Source: Macrostomum hystrix
Taxonomy: Eukaryota; Animalia; Platyhelminthes
NCBI GenBank assembly: GCA_950097015.1
Contig: CATNEN010000035.1
Location: 248,001-312,000 of the forward strand
Direction of reading: 5' to 3'
Length of the DNA: 64,000 nucleotides
Part shown: positions 10,651-23,269 of the stretch, in pieces
Layout: each line of letters begins with the position of its first letter
Numbering within the stretch: the first letter of the stretch is position 1
Program-made: the position numbers and the translations under genes
Notes under the pieces: generated by a model
What the model saw: the letters and a program-made list of their open reading frames with translations, nothing else
Databases searched by the model: none
Told to the model about the DNA's origin: nothing

Positions 10651-13600
10651 CTAAACGGCGTCAACCACGGACCACTCTTTGCTGCCGTCGGCGTCAACCT
10701 CGCGCATCTCCGAATCTGGCTTGGCTGCCGCGTCTTCAGTGGCTTCCGTGTTGGCCGCGGTTGCTGAATTGTCTTTGGCTTCAGCGGCCGCTTTACCGGC
10801 GGCGGCGGCTTTGGCTGCCTCGGCGGCGGCTTCGCGTTGTTTTTTAGCCTCCTCGGCGGCTTTGCGCTCGGCTTCGAACAGGTCAACAAACGGCTGGCGG
10901 GCGGCGTTCACCGCTTCTAGTGCGTCGCGCAGCAGTTTGCGATATTCAGCGTAGCCGCGCCTGAGGGCGGGTTGGAAAAACAGTAGAGACAGACAGACAG
11001 ACAGACCGACAGACAGACAGACAGAAAGACAGACAGACAGAGAGACAGACAGACAGACAGCCTGACAGGTGCTCACTTATGCTCGGCCCCCTCCTGAGTG
11101 AGCGCCTCGGCTCGCTCTTTTAGTTCGGCGATTTCTTTCTCGGCCTGACGGCGTCGCATGTCGGCCTCCTCGAGTGTGGCAGCGGCCAGCGGAGCCTCCT
11201 GGAGGCACAAGCGCTCGCGTGCTTCAACAGCTGCCATAGTGGCCTCGGCGGCGCGGAGTAGGCGAAGACGTAGGCCGGCGTCGCCACCGCCGCCATCGGC
11301 TGGGACGGGCGGACAGCCGCCGGCGCGCTGGAACACAATGGCCGACGCCTGCGAGTCGTCGTCGATTTCGCCTGCAGCTGATTCGGCCGAGTAGCCGTCC
11401 CAGGCGTTGGCCGCAGCAACGGCCCGATCTGTGAGGCGACGATAGCGCAAGGAGCTTGCGCCGTCGCTGCCTGCGGCCTGATTGAAGGGGAATAGGGATT
11501 AAACTGGGTGTAGGGGGAGTAAAGGATTAGATATCCCACTGGTTGGAGTATTTGTAATCCTCCGGTTAGAGCGTCGTTAATCCTCCGGTCAGATAATCGC
11601 TAATCCTCCGGTCAGATAATCCCTAATCCTTCGGTCAGAGCATCCCTAATCCTCCGGTCAGAGAATCCCTAATCCTTCGGTCAGAGAACCCCTAATCCTC
11701 CGGTCAGAGAATCCCTAATCCTCGAATTATAGAATCCCCAATCCTCGAATTATAGAATCCCTAATCTTCAGGTCAGAGAATCCCTAATCCTCCGGTCAGA
11801 GAATCCCTAATCCTCCGGTCAGAGAATCCCTAATCCTCCGGTCAGAGAATTCCTAATCCTCCGGTCAGAGCATCCCTAATCCTCCGGTCAGAGAATCCCT
11901 AATCCTCCGGTCAGAGAATCCCTAATCCTCGAGTTATAGAATACCTACCTAATCCTCCGGTCAGAGAATCCCTTATCCTCCGGTCAGATAATCGCTAATC
12001 CTCCGGTCAGAGAATCCCCAATCCTCGAATTATAGAATCCCCAATCCTCGAATTATAGAATCCCTAATCTTCAGGTCAGAGAATCCCTAATCCTCCGGTC
12101 AGAGAATCCCTAATCCTCCGGTCAGAGAATCCCTAATCCTCCGGTCAGAGAATTCCTAATCCTCCGGTCAGAGCATCCCTAATCCTCCGGTCAGAGAATC
12201 CCTAATCCTCCGGTCAGAGAATCCCTAATCCTCGAGTTATAGAATACCTACCTAATCCTCCGGTCAGAGAATCCCTTATCCTCCGGTCAGATAATCCCTA
12301 ATCCTCTGGTCAGAGTATCCCTAATCCTATGGTCAGAGCATCCCTAATCCTCCGGTCAGAGCATCCCTATTCCTCGTGTTATAGAATCCTAATACTCTGT
12401 TAAACTTAGCAGTAAAAACCAAACCTTGTCAATCCATTTGCGTATCTGGGACCGGCTGTGAAGCAGGCCCAGAGACAGGACTAGTTCTTCGATGTCGCGG
12501 GCAGCCAACTGGCCAGTGCGGCCCTGATCAAAGAACTCAAAGGCCTGCAGCAGCGCCGGGCGCACAGTTCGATTTAGACCGGTGGAGCCTTCAACAGCGG
12601 CGGTCGACTCTTCTAAGCGAGGCCGCTTGCGCTGCGATTCGCCATCGTCGTCAGAGGCTTCCGGGGCTCTAAAGATACAGTTGACGGATTGAAAATGGCT
12701 AATCTTAGGGTGTGATAATTGCTAATCTATGGGTTTGGATACTCTTATCTAGGAGTTTGAGACCCGTAGAACTACCAAGGGGGGAAATTGCCCCCCCCCC
12801 GACAATTTTTCTGCTGCACCCGAACGGAGTAACGCAAGCACACGAAACTCAAGAACACGGGCCAACTTTTTTGCGCATTTTCTGAAACAAGAATCAAGTC
12901 GCCAGCTCTTCAGACCGTCGAGATATTCTATGTTTCTGGCTGAAGGTCAGATTTTTCCGTTAGAGCTAGTGTATTTCATACACCCCTATGCACGAATTAG
13001 CACTGCGCCTCAGTGCGGCCTTGCCAGGCCTTCAAATTTATCAGCATGTCACCCGAATGTGCCTGCATCATCTCCGTCTACGGTGGTCACCTACCTTTAT
13101 CTAGACGGACTCCTTCAAAGGCTACCAAAGGTGGAAGTAGGCCACTACGGACACCCTGACGCGAATTTCTCCAATTTCACTGATCAAGCTTAAATATGAG
13201 GCGCAGCTCAACCACAGGACACCCTCGTCTAGTCTGTCAACCAATCAGTCACTACCCCACGCCATTAGCATTCAGGAACTTCCAAAAACAATGTTTGTAT
13301 AAAAACGGGCGGCAAAATGGCTACTGTTAATCTAATCAATTAATAATTTACAATCCTACGAATTTAGACGAGTTCGGATTGAAAATCGTTCGTCATTTGA
13401 GTCGGTAAATCGAATTTATTATAACGCAAAGTTTCCTTATCTAACAGAAAGCATTTCGTCACTCACGCCCCCGCGCTGCCGTCGGCTACTTCGCAATCGT
13501 CGGCCAGAGCCGCGCACAGCGTGTAGGCGCAGTCGCGCACCAGCATCTCGTGGAACTGCTCGCAGAATAGGGCCATCTCGAAGGCGGACTCGCGGCCGCC

Positions 13601-16600
13601 GCTTTCAAGCCGATGAGCCAGCAGCTGACTGAGGCTGGCGGATTCCAGGCGCAGTCCGGCCGGATTTGGCGGTCCTGCTGGGCCAGGCGAGCAGAGCGGG
13701 CGAGTCCGGCAGGCGATGATGGCGCCTGATGCGCTCCTGCTCGCGCTCGGATAGTGGCGAGACCCGGGGCTTCTCCTTGTCTCTGTGCGTAGGGATTCAG
13801 CACGGGATTGCGTGTGATTCAGTATGGGATTGCGTGTGATTCAGTACGGGATTGCGTGTGATTGGTTATGGGATTGCGTGTGATTGAGTATGGGATTGCG
13901 TGTGATTGAGTATGGGATTGCGTGTGATTGGTTATGGGATTGCGTGTGATTGAGTATGGGATTGCGTGTGATTGAGTATGGGATTGCGTGTGATTGAGTA
14001 TGGGATTGCGTGTGATTGAGTATGGGATTGCGTGTGATTCAGTATGGGATTGCGTGTGATTGAGTATGGGATTGCGTGTGATTCAGTATGGGATTGCGTG
14101 TGATTCAGTATGGGATTGCGTGTGGGTCAATATGGGAATTAATGTGGGTCAATATGGGAATTAATGTGGGTCAATATGGGATTTAGTGTGAGTCAATATG
14201 GGATTTCATGTGGGTCAATACGGAATTTCATGCGGGTCAATAGGGCATTTCACGTGGGTCAATATGGGATTGAGTGTGGGTCAATATGGAATTTAGTGTG
14301 GGTCAATATGGGACTGAATCTGGGTTAATATGGCATTTCATGTGGGTCAATAGGGAATTTCACGTGGGTCAATATGGGGTTGAGTGTGGGTCAATATGGG
14401 ATTTGGTGTGAGTCAATATGGGATTTGGTGAGTCCATATGGGATTTGGTGTGAGTCAATATGGGATTTGGTGTGAGTCAATATGGGATTTGGTGTGGGTC
14501 AATATGGGATTTGGTGTGAGTCAATATGGGATTTGGTGTGAGTCAATATGGGATTTGGTGTGGGTCAATATGGGATTTGGTGTGAGTCAATATGGGATTT
14601 AGTGTGAGTCAATAATTAAAAATTGCTCGTCTTTCTAAACAAGAACCAAATAAGCAACCTACTCAGTCTTTTCCGCATCGTCAGCAGTCGCCTTGTCTTC
14701 CTCGGGAGCAGCGACAATCTCCTTCATCTCAGAGTCGGCAGGGGCGCTCTCAGCCTCAGCTTCTTTGGCCTCGGCTTCGGCTCGCAGGGCCTCCTCCAGG
14801 CGGGCCACCAGCTGGGCTTTCAGGCCGCGAGAGTCACGACCGCGCGCTTCCAGCTCTCGACGCAGGTCGGCCACCTTCATCGAGTGCAGGTCCGTCAGCG
14901 GACCGCCAGAAGCTGTCGAAGCCTGCGACTGCTGCTGGCCGCTGATGTTGGACGCGTCAGCTTCGGTATCATCGGCTTCTTCAGGCTTCTGCCATTGTTA
15001 AAGAGGAGAACAATGTGAGAGTAGGCAATATATGAAAAAACGCTTTAATAGCTCGGATAATCGTTTGGGTGAACTGGCTAATCTCAGTCTCACTATTTAT
15101 TCTCAGTCAAATTATATGTTTTCAGATTCTCACTATCGATTATTTATAAGTCTCCCAATCTAATATCAAAGCCTCCCAATCTAATCTCAAAGCCTCCCTA
15201 TCTAATCTCAAAGCCTCCTTATCGAATCTCAAAGCCTTCCTATCTAATCTCAAAGCCTTCCTATCTAATCTCAAAGCCTCCCTATCTAATCTCAAAGCCT
15301 CCCAATCTAATCTCAAAGCCTCCCTATCGAATCTCAAAGCCTCCCTATCGAATCTCAAAGCCTCCCTATCTAATCTCAAAGCCTCCCAATCTAATCTCAA
15401 AGCCTCCCTATCTAATCTCAAAGCCTCCCAATCTAATCTCAAAGCCTCCCTATCTAATCTCAAAGCCTCCCTATCTAATCTCAAAGCCTTCCTATCTAAT
15501 CTCAAAGCCTCCCTATCTAATTTCAAAGCCTCCCTATCTAATCTCAAAGCCTTCCTATCTAATCTCAAAGCATTCCAATCTAATCTCAAAGCCTCCCTAT
15601 CTAATCTCAAAGCCTCCCTATCTAATCTCAAAGCCTCCCTATCTAATCTCAAAGCCTTCCTATCTAATCTCAAAGCCTCCCTATCTAATCTCAAAGCCTC
15701 CCTATCTAATCTCAAAGCCTCCCAATCTAATCTCAAAGCCTTCCTATCTAATCTCAAAGCCTCCCTATCTTATCTCAAAGCCTCCCTATCTAATCTCAAA
15801 GCCTTCCTATCTAATCTCAAAGCCTGCCTATCTATTCTAAGAGTCCCACTATCTATTCTAAGAGTCCCACTATCTATTCTAAGAGTCTCACTATCTATTC
15901 TAAGAGTCTCACTATCTATTCTAAGAGTCTCACGATCTATTCTAAGAGTCTTACTATCTATTCTAAGAGTCTCACTTATCTATTCTAAGAGTTTACTAAA
16001 TATTCCCAGTATCACAATCTATAATTTTTTGTCTCACTATCTAACCAGAGTCTCATTCCTCAATCTTAGTTAATTAGCACTTAATTAACAATTATAAGCC
16101 GACACTAGAATAAACAAAATTATCGAATTTGCACCTTGGCATTTTCGCCAGCATCAGTTTCCGTAGCTTCGGCGCCACCAGCGGCAGCCACCTCATTGTC
16201 ATCAACAGCAGCCTCATCCTTCTCTTCAGATTTTTGCTGAGGTGGCGGCGGTGGCGGCGGCGGCGGATAGATCAGAGCTTCAACGCGCTGATTGATAATG
16301 TCCCTGAGCTTAGTCCACTGTTGGTCTTCGGGCACAGCGGTCCACACATCCGGCAGGAAGTAGGTGACAGTCTCCAGGCGAGGCAAAGAGGACGACTTGT
16401 TGCCGTCCGAGTTTGAGTGGTGACGCGGCTCGCGGTAATAGTGCAGCTCCATGAACTTGTACCTTTGTGGGAGAGTTGCAGCAATGGGATCCAAGCTTTA
16501 GGAACGTCTGAAGAATCAGGAACCAAAGCTTCACAAGAGCCTAAATCAATATTTAAGCCGATAATTATCCAAGAAATATAATAAAGCCGATATGTATCGA

Positions 16601-19600
16601 AAAACAGACGACAACAAACCAGATTTGAATATAGAAACTTTTGATTAGGACTAGCCATTTAGCCACCTCTGGGTGGCCTTAATCCCCTTAGCAATGGAGT
16701 TAAGCTTATTAGAAATATGTGTGCCGATTCAGGTAACTCTGGCATCTTCTGGTGAAGGAACGCTGAAAATTGGTTGAGCCATTTGCGAGAAAATCTATTA
16801 CAAGCAAGCAAGATTTTCACTATTACTCGTAGAATAGTGGATGAAAAAGATGTATCGAAACTTCTAATAAGACGCGAACTGTATCTTTTATCAGCTCCTG
16901 CGCCCTGGAAATGATCAATCAAAATGTCCACGTAGCAGAAATTGTCCTCCACTCGGACAGCCAGGCGGCGATCCACGCACACCTGCTCGCGCACAGTCCT
17001 CGACTGCGTCGCGCAACTCAACCGCTTAGGTAACCATAACAAGGTGTCCCTAAGGTGGATTACAGGGCACTCTGGCCACCCTGGTAACGAATTGGCCGAC
17101 AGCCTCGCCAAGGCCGGTTCGACGGGTTCGCTTTTTGGCCCCCGTGCCTGCGGTCTCCACCCCTACCGCCGTCGTCACCACACGGATTAACCAGTGACAG
17201 GTGGATCAACACCGCCGATTGTCGGCAGTCTCGCGCTGCTGTTCCTTGTCCCTCCACTGCCCTTCGCAAAGCCCTGCTTGGACTTAACCGCAGGGACATC
17301 AGGGCAGTCACCATGGCCCTCTGTGGCCATGGCTGGTTCGCTAGGCACCGCTTCCTGCAAGGCAAAATCCGCAGTGAGGAATGCCCTTTCTGCCTCTCCT
17401 ACGTTGAGGATGCAGAGCATTTTATTTGCAACTTCCCGCCTTCACTCAGGACAGGCTCACAGGCTCGACCCAAACCCGGATCACTCCGAAGTTTTCAGGC
17501 CTGAGAACATCTACCAGCTCGTCCGTTACCTAAGGGCCACCGGGCGAGCGACTCTCCACCTCCTGGACTCTCCGGAGGAGGACCGCGCTGTGGACGCCGG
17601 GCATCACCGGATCTCCCTGCGCGACACCACAGCTTTAGCTGCCCGTGGTCGCCAGGGGCTAGCGGAATGGGCGGCAACGCCTCCCCGCTGCATCCGAAGG
17701 ATGCCCCCCCTGCAGCTAAGTCAAGTAAGTAAGAACTGTTGACAGAATTGACAGAAAATTTAGATGCGAATTGCGCCGATATGTATCGAAAACACAGACG
17801 AGAACTAAGCCGTAAAGAAACCAAAGATGATAAAATAACCGAAATTTATAGAAATGACACATACGAACTGAGCCTATATGTATCGAAATCAACAAAAATG
17901 GAACTGAAACGTTATGCTATTATTCTAAAACAGCATCAAAACAGCACTTACCAGGTGCTGCAGCCAGATAGATCTAGGCCGGCCAGCCGCCTAGCGTGCC
18001 GCACCGCGGTATTCACCAGCACCATCGGGTCGCCTTCGACATCTTCACCGTCCACAGACGGACTCCAGGGTCCGCCAATAGCCAGCGGATCTAGACTAGA
18101 CGTAGTTGATGAAGTAGATTTGCCTTCGCTGCCAACGTAGGCGCAGAGAAAGCGCAGCACGCTGGCCAGATTCGTGCAGCGCTCGCGTGACTCTGTGGGC
18201 TGCTGGGCCAGCGAGCAAGTCTGCTGGTACAGCTCGGCCAGGGTCGGACAGGACAGGAGCATCACTTTGGCCGAGTAGCGATAATCCTGGCATTGGTTGG
18301 ATTTTGTTGAGATCAAATTTAATATTAATTAATTTCGTTATAGAAAAACCGAACCTCTCATTTTAAAGTGGCACATCACACATAAAAGTGCTTGTTTGCC
18401 TGTCAATATGGCGCTTTGCCGTATCGAAATGGCACCTCGCTTAATAAAATGGCACCTCGCTTAATAAAATGGCACCTCGCTTAATAAAATGGCACCTCGC
18501 TTAATAAAATGGCACATCGCTTAATAAAATTACACATCGCTTAATAAAATGGCACATCGCTTAATAAAATGGCACATCGCTTAATAAAATGGCACATCGC
18601 TTAATAAAATGGCACATCGCTTAATAAAATGGCACCTCGCTTAATAAAATGACACCTCGCTTAATAAAATGACACATCGCTTAATAAAATGGCACCTCGC
18701 TTAATAAAATGGCACCTCGCTTAATAAAATGGCACATCGCTTAATAAAATTACACATCGCTTAATAAAATGGCACATCGCTTAATAAAATGGCACCTCGC
18801 TTAATAAAATGGCACATCGCTTCTTAAAATGGCACCTCGCTTAATAAAATGGCACCTCGCTTAATAAAATGACACCTCGCTTAATAAAATGACACCTCGC
18901 TTAATAAAATGGCACATCGCTTAATAAAAATTACACATCGCTTAATAAAATGGCACCTCGCTTAATAAAATGGCACCTCGCTTAATAAAATGGCGCGTCG
19001 CTCTACAAAATAACAACCCTGACCCTGATCGAAAAAATGGCACCTGGATAAAAAATGGCACCCCAAATCAACAAAAAGGTCCTCTGTTTATTAAGATGGC
19101 ACTTCGCTTTTAGGTTATATAATATTGGGACTCCGATTATTAAACGAATTAAAATGCACAACTAAAATGCAGTCTGCTGCATCACAGACCTGATCGGATG
19201 GCTCCAGCACTGGCGCATCAGTATTCCCAGTTAGAGCCGACCATTCGTCCAAAGTAAGCGGATCTACTTCGCGAGAAAACACATGATAATTCACTGCGCG
19301 ACAGCCGAATCTAAGCGGACTACCGGCCGGGAAGGCGGCCGACCAGCCGTTGGTGACGTGGAACAGCTCCGAGGGCGGGTGAAGCCGAGGAAATCGTTGG
19401 CGCAGCTCAACAACGGAGAGTTCAGGCAGGCCGAGAACCCGGTGCGGCACAGGGGAGGCGCCGGCGGCATGGTATACGGCAGGCGGAGCGCCAGATCGGT
19501 GCGAGACATCGCCGCGACGACCGCTGGCCTGGGGGCGAAGGAAACAATAGTACAACAGTAGCAATAGATAGATCTAGATAGATAGACGAAAGGCTGCGTA

Positions 19601-20267
19601 CAGTTGGTTGTTCAGTCCATTTAGGGTGCAGTACAATATTTTTTGCTCGATAATAATCTCGACGTGATAGAGATTCGAACTCCAGAACTCTCAAAAAAAG
19701 TTATAGACTCATTTATTCACATGTATTTCATAGTAATTTAACTGATTCAAACTGTGGTTACATAGGCGGTGAGTGGCAGAGCGGTTAATGCGTTTGCCTC
19801 TCGCACCACATTTAGTTAAGGCTTGGGGGCTTGTCTTGCAATTTACGCCCTTTAGGGCCAACCTCCAAGGCACAGTGAGGTTGTACACTGCCTGACGATG
19901 AGAAAGTCAGGACAGATGTACACAGTGGACACCTGTGTGAGCGTGTGCCTGCGTACAGTATCTGTGTCCGTGTGTGCTCAGGAGTCAGCGCAGCCCTTAT
20001 GAGTTTATTATAATTATTAACTCTGGTTACCTGGCTGCCGCCGCTGCGATGACGCGATTCGATTCGCACAGATCTGGCTGTCCACTTGTCGGGCTTATCG
20101 GGCGTGTAATCAGCGGTGACAGACACATGGTCACCAATTCGTGGCTGACCACCGCTTACAGTTGAGCGCATAAATAGGATGTCCTCATTTATGTAGCCGA
20201 ACTTTTCAAACAATTTAGTAATGGTACCTCGTGTTGTCTTATGGGTTTGCGGTCGTGTTCCAAGCAT
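10651..20267 (-). CDS. CCAR1: Cell division cycle and apoptosis regulator 1 (CCAR1/DBC1 family); 9 exons: 20267-20031, 19528-19190, 18286-17952, 16462-16135, 14988-14663, 13782-13467, 12668-12425, 11477-11077, 10960-10651
   Basis: Domains appear in CCAR1 order: S1-like ([19 protein letters not shown]...KWTARSV), [19 protein letters not shown]1 domain (YSAKVMLL...[12 protein letters not shown]...W|YKFMELHY...[11 protein letters not shown]), SAP domain ([28 protein letters not shown]), SLSQLLAHR...[16 protein letters not shown]-hand-like ([16 protein letters not shown]) and a coiled-coil tail. All introns are GT-AG with matching phases, but exon 6 is 1 nt too long (see findings). Confidence 0.9.
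10986..11060. repeat. (CAGA)n microsatellite in the last CCAR1 intron
   Basis: Direct reading. Confidence 0.95.
11555..12385. repeat. 23-bp minisatellite (TAATCCTCCGGTCAGAGAATCCC), about 36 units, with a 303-bp higher-order duplication
   Basis: Direct reading; the variant pattern at about 11721 recurs at about 12024. Confidence 0.95.
13803..14612. repeat. 22-bp minisatellite, about 37 units (GGGATTGCGTGTGATTGAGTAT grading to GGGATTTGGTGTGAGTCAATAT)
   Basis: Direct reading. Confidence 0.95.
15148..15990. repeat. 21-bp minisatellites: TCTAATCTCAAAGCCTCCCTA (about 32 units) followed by TCTATTCTAAGAGTCTCACTA (about 7 units)
   Basis: Direct reading. Confidence 0.95.
16938..17735 (+). mobile_element. 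5'-truncated, decayed non-LTR retrotransposon 3' end (RNase H + Cys/His knuckle; I/LOA-like group), antisense in CCAR1 intron 3
   Basis: RNase H motifs [12 protein letters not shown] and [22 protein letters not shown] (frameshifted relative to each other), then [10 protein letters not shown]...[16 protein letters not shown], ending in a TAAG-repeat tail. Confidence 0.85.
18427..18992. repeat. 20-bp minisatellite (GCTTAATAAAATGGCACCTC), about 28 units
   Basis: Direct reading; AAATGGCAC words continue in both flanks. Confidence 0.95.
19765..20020 (+). mobile_element. SINE family A copy (tRNA-derived; internal deletions) in CCAR1 intron 1
   Basis: A-box-like TGGCAGAGCGG head, shared body and ATT-rich tail. 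Confidence 0.8.
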
Positions 20268-20949
20268 TTTCTTTCGAAAGAAGCTTTCAGTTTTATAGCT
20301 GATAATGCAAATAATAATTACATAATTACATGATGATGCAATCGCGATTGGCCGAATTGGGCCAATTTGATTTAGCCAAAAAGTTTTAGCAGAAATAAGA
20401 AATACATTTTATGAACAAGTCAACCAGATTTGTGTCTAGAACTCTTGGCCTATCAAAACTTTTGGCCAATGGAATTTGTAAATGGTCAGTGTGTTGAGAT
20501 TCTTCTTGATCATATATATATAAATATATAAATCGAATTGAGAAACAAAATTCCAAATATCATTTTAGCATTTTACCAGCTAAATTTCATTTTTATGTTG
20601 ATTGGCTTCATGCAGGAGTCATACTTTTGAGATTTTTTGTATTGATGCTAATAGTTATAGTTAGATAGATAGAACTCATGGCACATTTTCATGCATAACT
20701 ATAATATGTACTAAAAGATGAATTTTATGGTAAAGACTATATATAGAAAAGCTATATATGAGGTGCGGTCAAGTTCAAGTGAGACAAATGCAATATCTAT
20801 GGTAAATCCCACCCGATCATCTTTGCAAGTGTTATATATTTTAGGTAGACTAATAGACAATCAGTGACAAAAAATCTGCTTTTTTCATCGACTTCTGCCT
20901 TAGCTATAAACTAGATAAAGTGCATCAGCCACAAGAACCCAAAAAATGG

Positions 20950-21190
20950 CAGAGCGGTCTAACAGGTTGTCCCTCATCCTCCCTACTCCCCAGACCTGGT
21001 GCCAGCTGACTATTTCCTCTTCCCAACGATCAAGGGGAGCTGGGGCATCTCTATCAGCGGAGACACTGTCAAGGTGGAGTGGGAGCAAGCCTGCAGCTGT
21101 CTTTCGCCAGGTGCCTTTGCCTCAGTCTTTGACAAGTGGATTGAGTGGCTCAAGAAGTGTGTCAAGATGAAGTGCAACTACATCAAGAAA
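20950..21190 (+). mobile_element. Mariner (Tc1/mariner) transposase C-terminal fragment
   Basis: HPPYSPDLVPADYFLFPTIKG...FASVFDKWIEWLKKCVKMKCNYIKK matches the mariner YSPDLAPxD motif and the C-terminal W..R..KC...G.Y pattern. No upstream catalytic region was seen. Confidence 0.85.
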
Positions 21191-23269
21191 GGCTCAAAGA
21201 TAGCAGAGGACAAAGATGAGGCCTTTTCTGACATTGACATTTAGAAAATTGAAGAAGCAACAAGAACATCCAATATTTCTGGGCAATAGTATCCAATTTT
21301 TTGTGTCTCTCGATCTGTACTTTTGTTCAATGATAAAGCTTATAGTTGTTGCTAGTTTTTTACTGAAGTTTTGCTAATTGTATGTTAAATTCATGCTCTT
21401 TCAGAATAAATCATATGTTTTCCTCTAAAGTGTTTAATAACAAGGCTGCTGAGACTGTCTCACTTGAACTTTCTACTTATAAGTTTTTTTGGTCATTTTT
21501 ATCACAAATGGAACAATTTAGACTCAAAAAACAGTTTTTCATAGAAATGTATATTTTATTTAATAGCAATTCATAACAGGTAGGCCTATATTTAAATTTA
21601 TTATTTTTTACCATAGCCTGGATCATGTTATGCATGCCAGAGAATTTGGGTATACATTTTCTAGGGCTATAATACATTGTATATAGCTTGAATCAATGCC
21701 ATTAGTATATATTTTATGGCATTTGCATGGATTTACAATATCAATGTTTTAATAACACCAAATAGTTGTAATTTTATAATAATCTGGTAATACAACTATA
21801 AAACCTAAAAAAATGTTACAAACCACAATGCTATATCAATGTAATTGTAATTATTTTAAATGACTAAAATAAATAGGGCCTAACTAGCTATGTGTGTACA
21901 ATTTACATGTTTCTGCATACCTTTCTAGGATATACACTATTGCACTATTGTTGTGCAATTTGAAAAAAAGAAAATTACTTTTTGGTATATCCTAAAATTA
22001 TCTGGACAATAATACCTAATCCATGGTCTAACCATGTTGTCTCCAAATCTTAAGGGCAAATGAGCAAATTTATTGTTCAATTTCAATCAGTATACCCAAT
22101 ATCTTATACAATTGTGCACACAATGAAGCTATATCTAGGCCAAATATTTTATGTGGCAAATGTTTTCTCAGAAGAAGTAGACATTGTCTCCAGACCAAAG
22201 AACTTGACATGTAGGCCTATCTAATTCAAGTATTATTTTGGTGTTTTTATAGTACTTTTATAGTATAAATTAGATTAGAAAATTCAAAAATGTAATCGTT
22301 TCTTTTGCTTTTTGTTATTTCTTTATGATTATACACTGACTTTGGTATGTCTATTTATATTAAAAAATGTATATAGCCTAGCTAGGCCTAAATCATCTAT
22401 AATATATAGTTCTAGCATCTCGACTTATCATAGAAAGTTCTAGCGTCTAGACCTATCATAGAAAAAGTTAGATATCCAAATAATATTAGGTCCTACTAGA
22501 GTTGAGACAGAAGTCAACCTCTTTAAGTTTAACATGTGAAGCAGTGTGGGAAGCAAAAATGCTTAGCCAGGCTGTCCAGCAAGAGATAAGACAAATTTAT
22601 TTATTAATTTTTTATCTATATATTCTCTAAACTGTAATCGAACACTGCCTTGCCCTAGGTTTGGTGAAACTGATCTGCTGTCTGGGTGGGCCTATTTGCA
22701 AAAATCCCTATGATGCATTTATTTGCGTAAAAAAGTAAAGTAAGTATTTTTGTTCGGTCAACATTATTAAGCAACGGCTTTGAAGACTGTTTGCAATCGA
22801 ATTATAATATTTATAATCATGATACAAACATTTTGGAATTAATCAATTAAGTTAAAAATCCAGTTAATTTTAATATTGATTTAAATACAATATTCCTGCG
22901 ATTTAAATGTGCACGTTAACTTCATTTTCTATTTAACTTTCTTGATTTTATTTTATATTCTATATGGAATTCGTAGCGTACTTTCTCATGAATTACTTTG
23001 TATAGCATCGCACTGTACTAGTTTTTGTTATAACGTATGTCGTATGCTTTATTTAAATACCTAATTTTTCTGGTTGCCTGCAGGCCGTTGGTATTATTGA
23101 CAGGTATAGAATCTGACTGTTTACTGTACACACAGGTTCATATTCGAATACATTGCTATGATTGGCGGCCTTTCGTTTTCATTTCCTTGGCGCGCGGGTG
23201 TAGAGATAGAGACTATCCTATTAGCTTAATTAAAATTAAAATTAATATTAATTTTAACTTAATTAAAAT

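Noticed and set aside
11555-12385. Regularly spaced 23-bp repeats resembling a CRISPR array
   Set aside because: The units are head to tail with no unique spacers, and the context is a eukaryotic intron.
15140-15757. 205-aa ORF of (LRLDREA)n, sense to CCAR1
   Set aside because: It is the translation of a 21-bp intronic minisatellite with no usable GT donor. The flanking CCAR1 exons join in frame without it.
19422-19694. ORF upstream of CCAR1 exon 2 as an extra exon
   Set aside because: Exon 1 (phase 0) joins the strong acceptor at 19528 in frame, and this ORF is in another frame and lacks family motifs.
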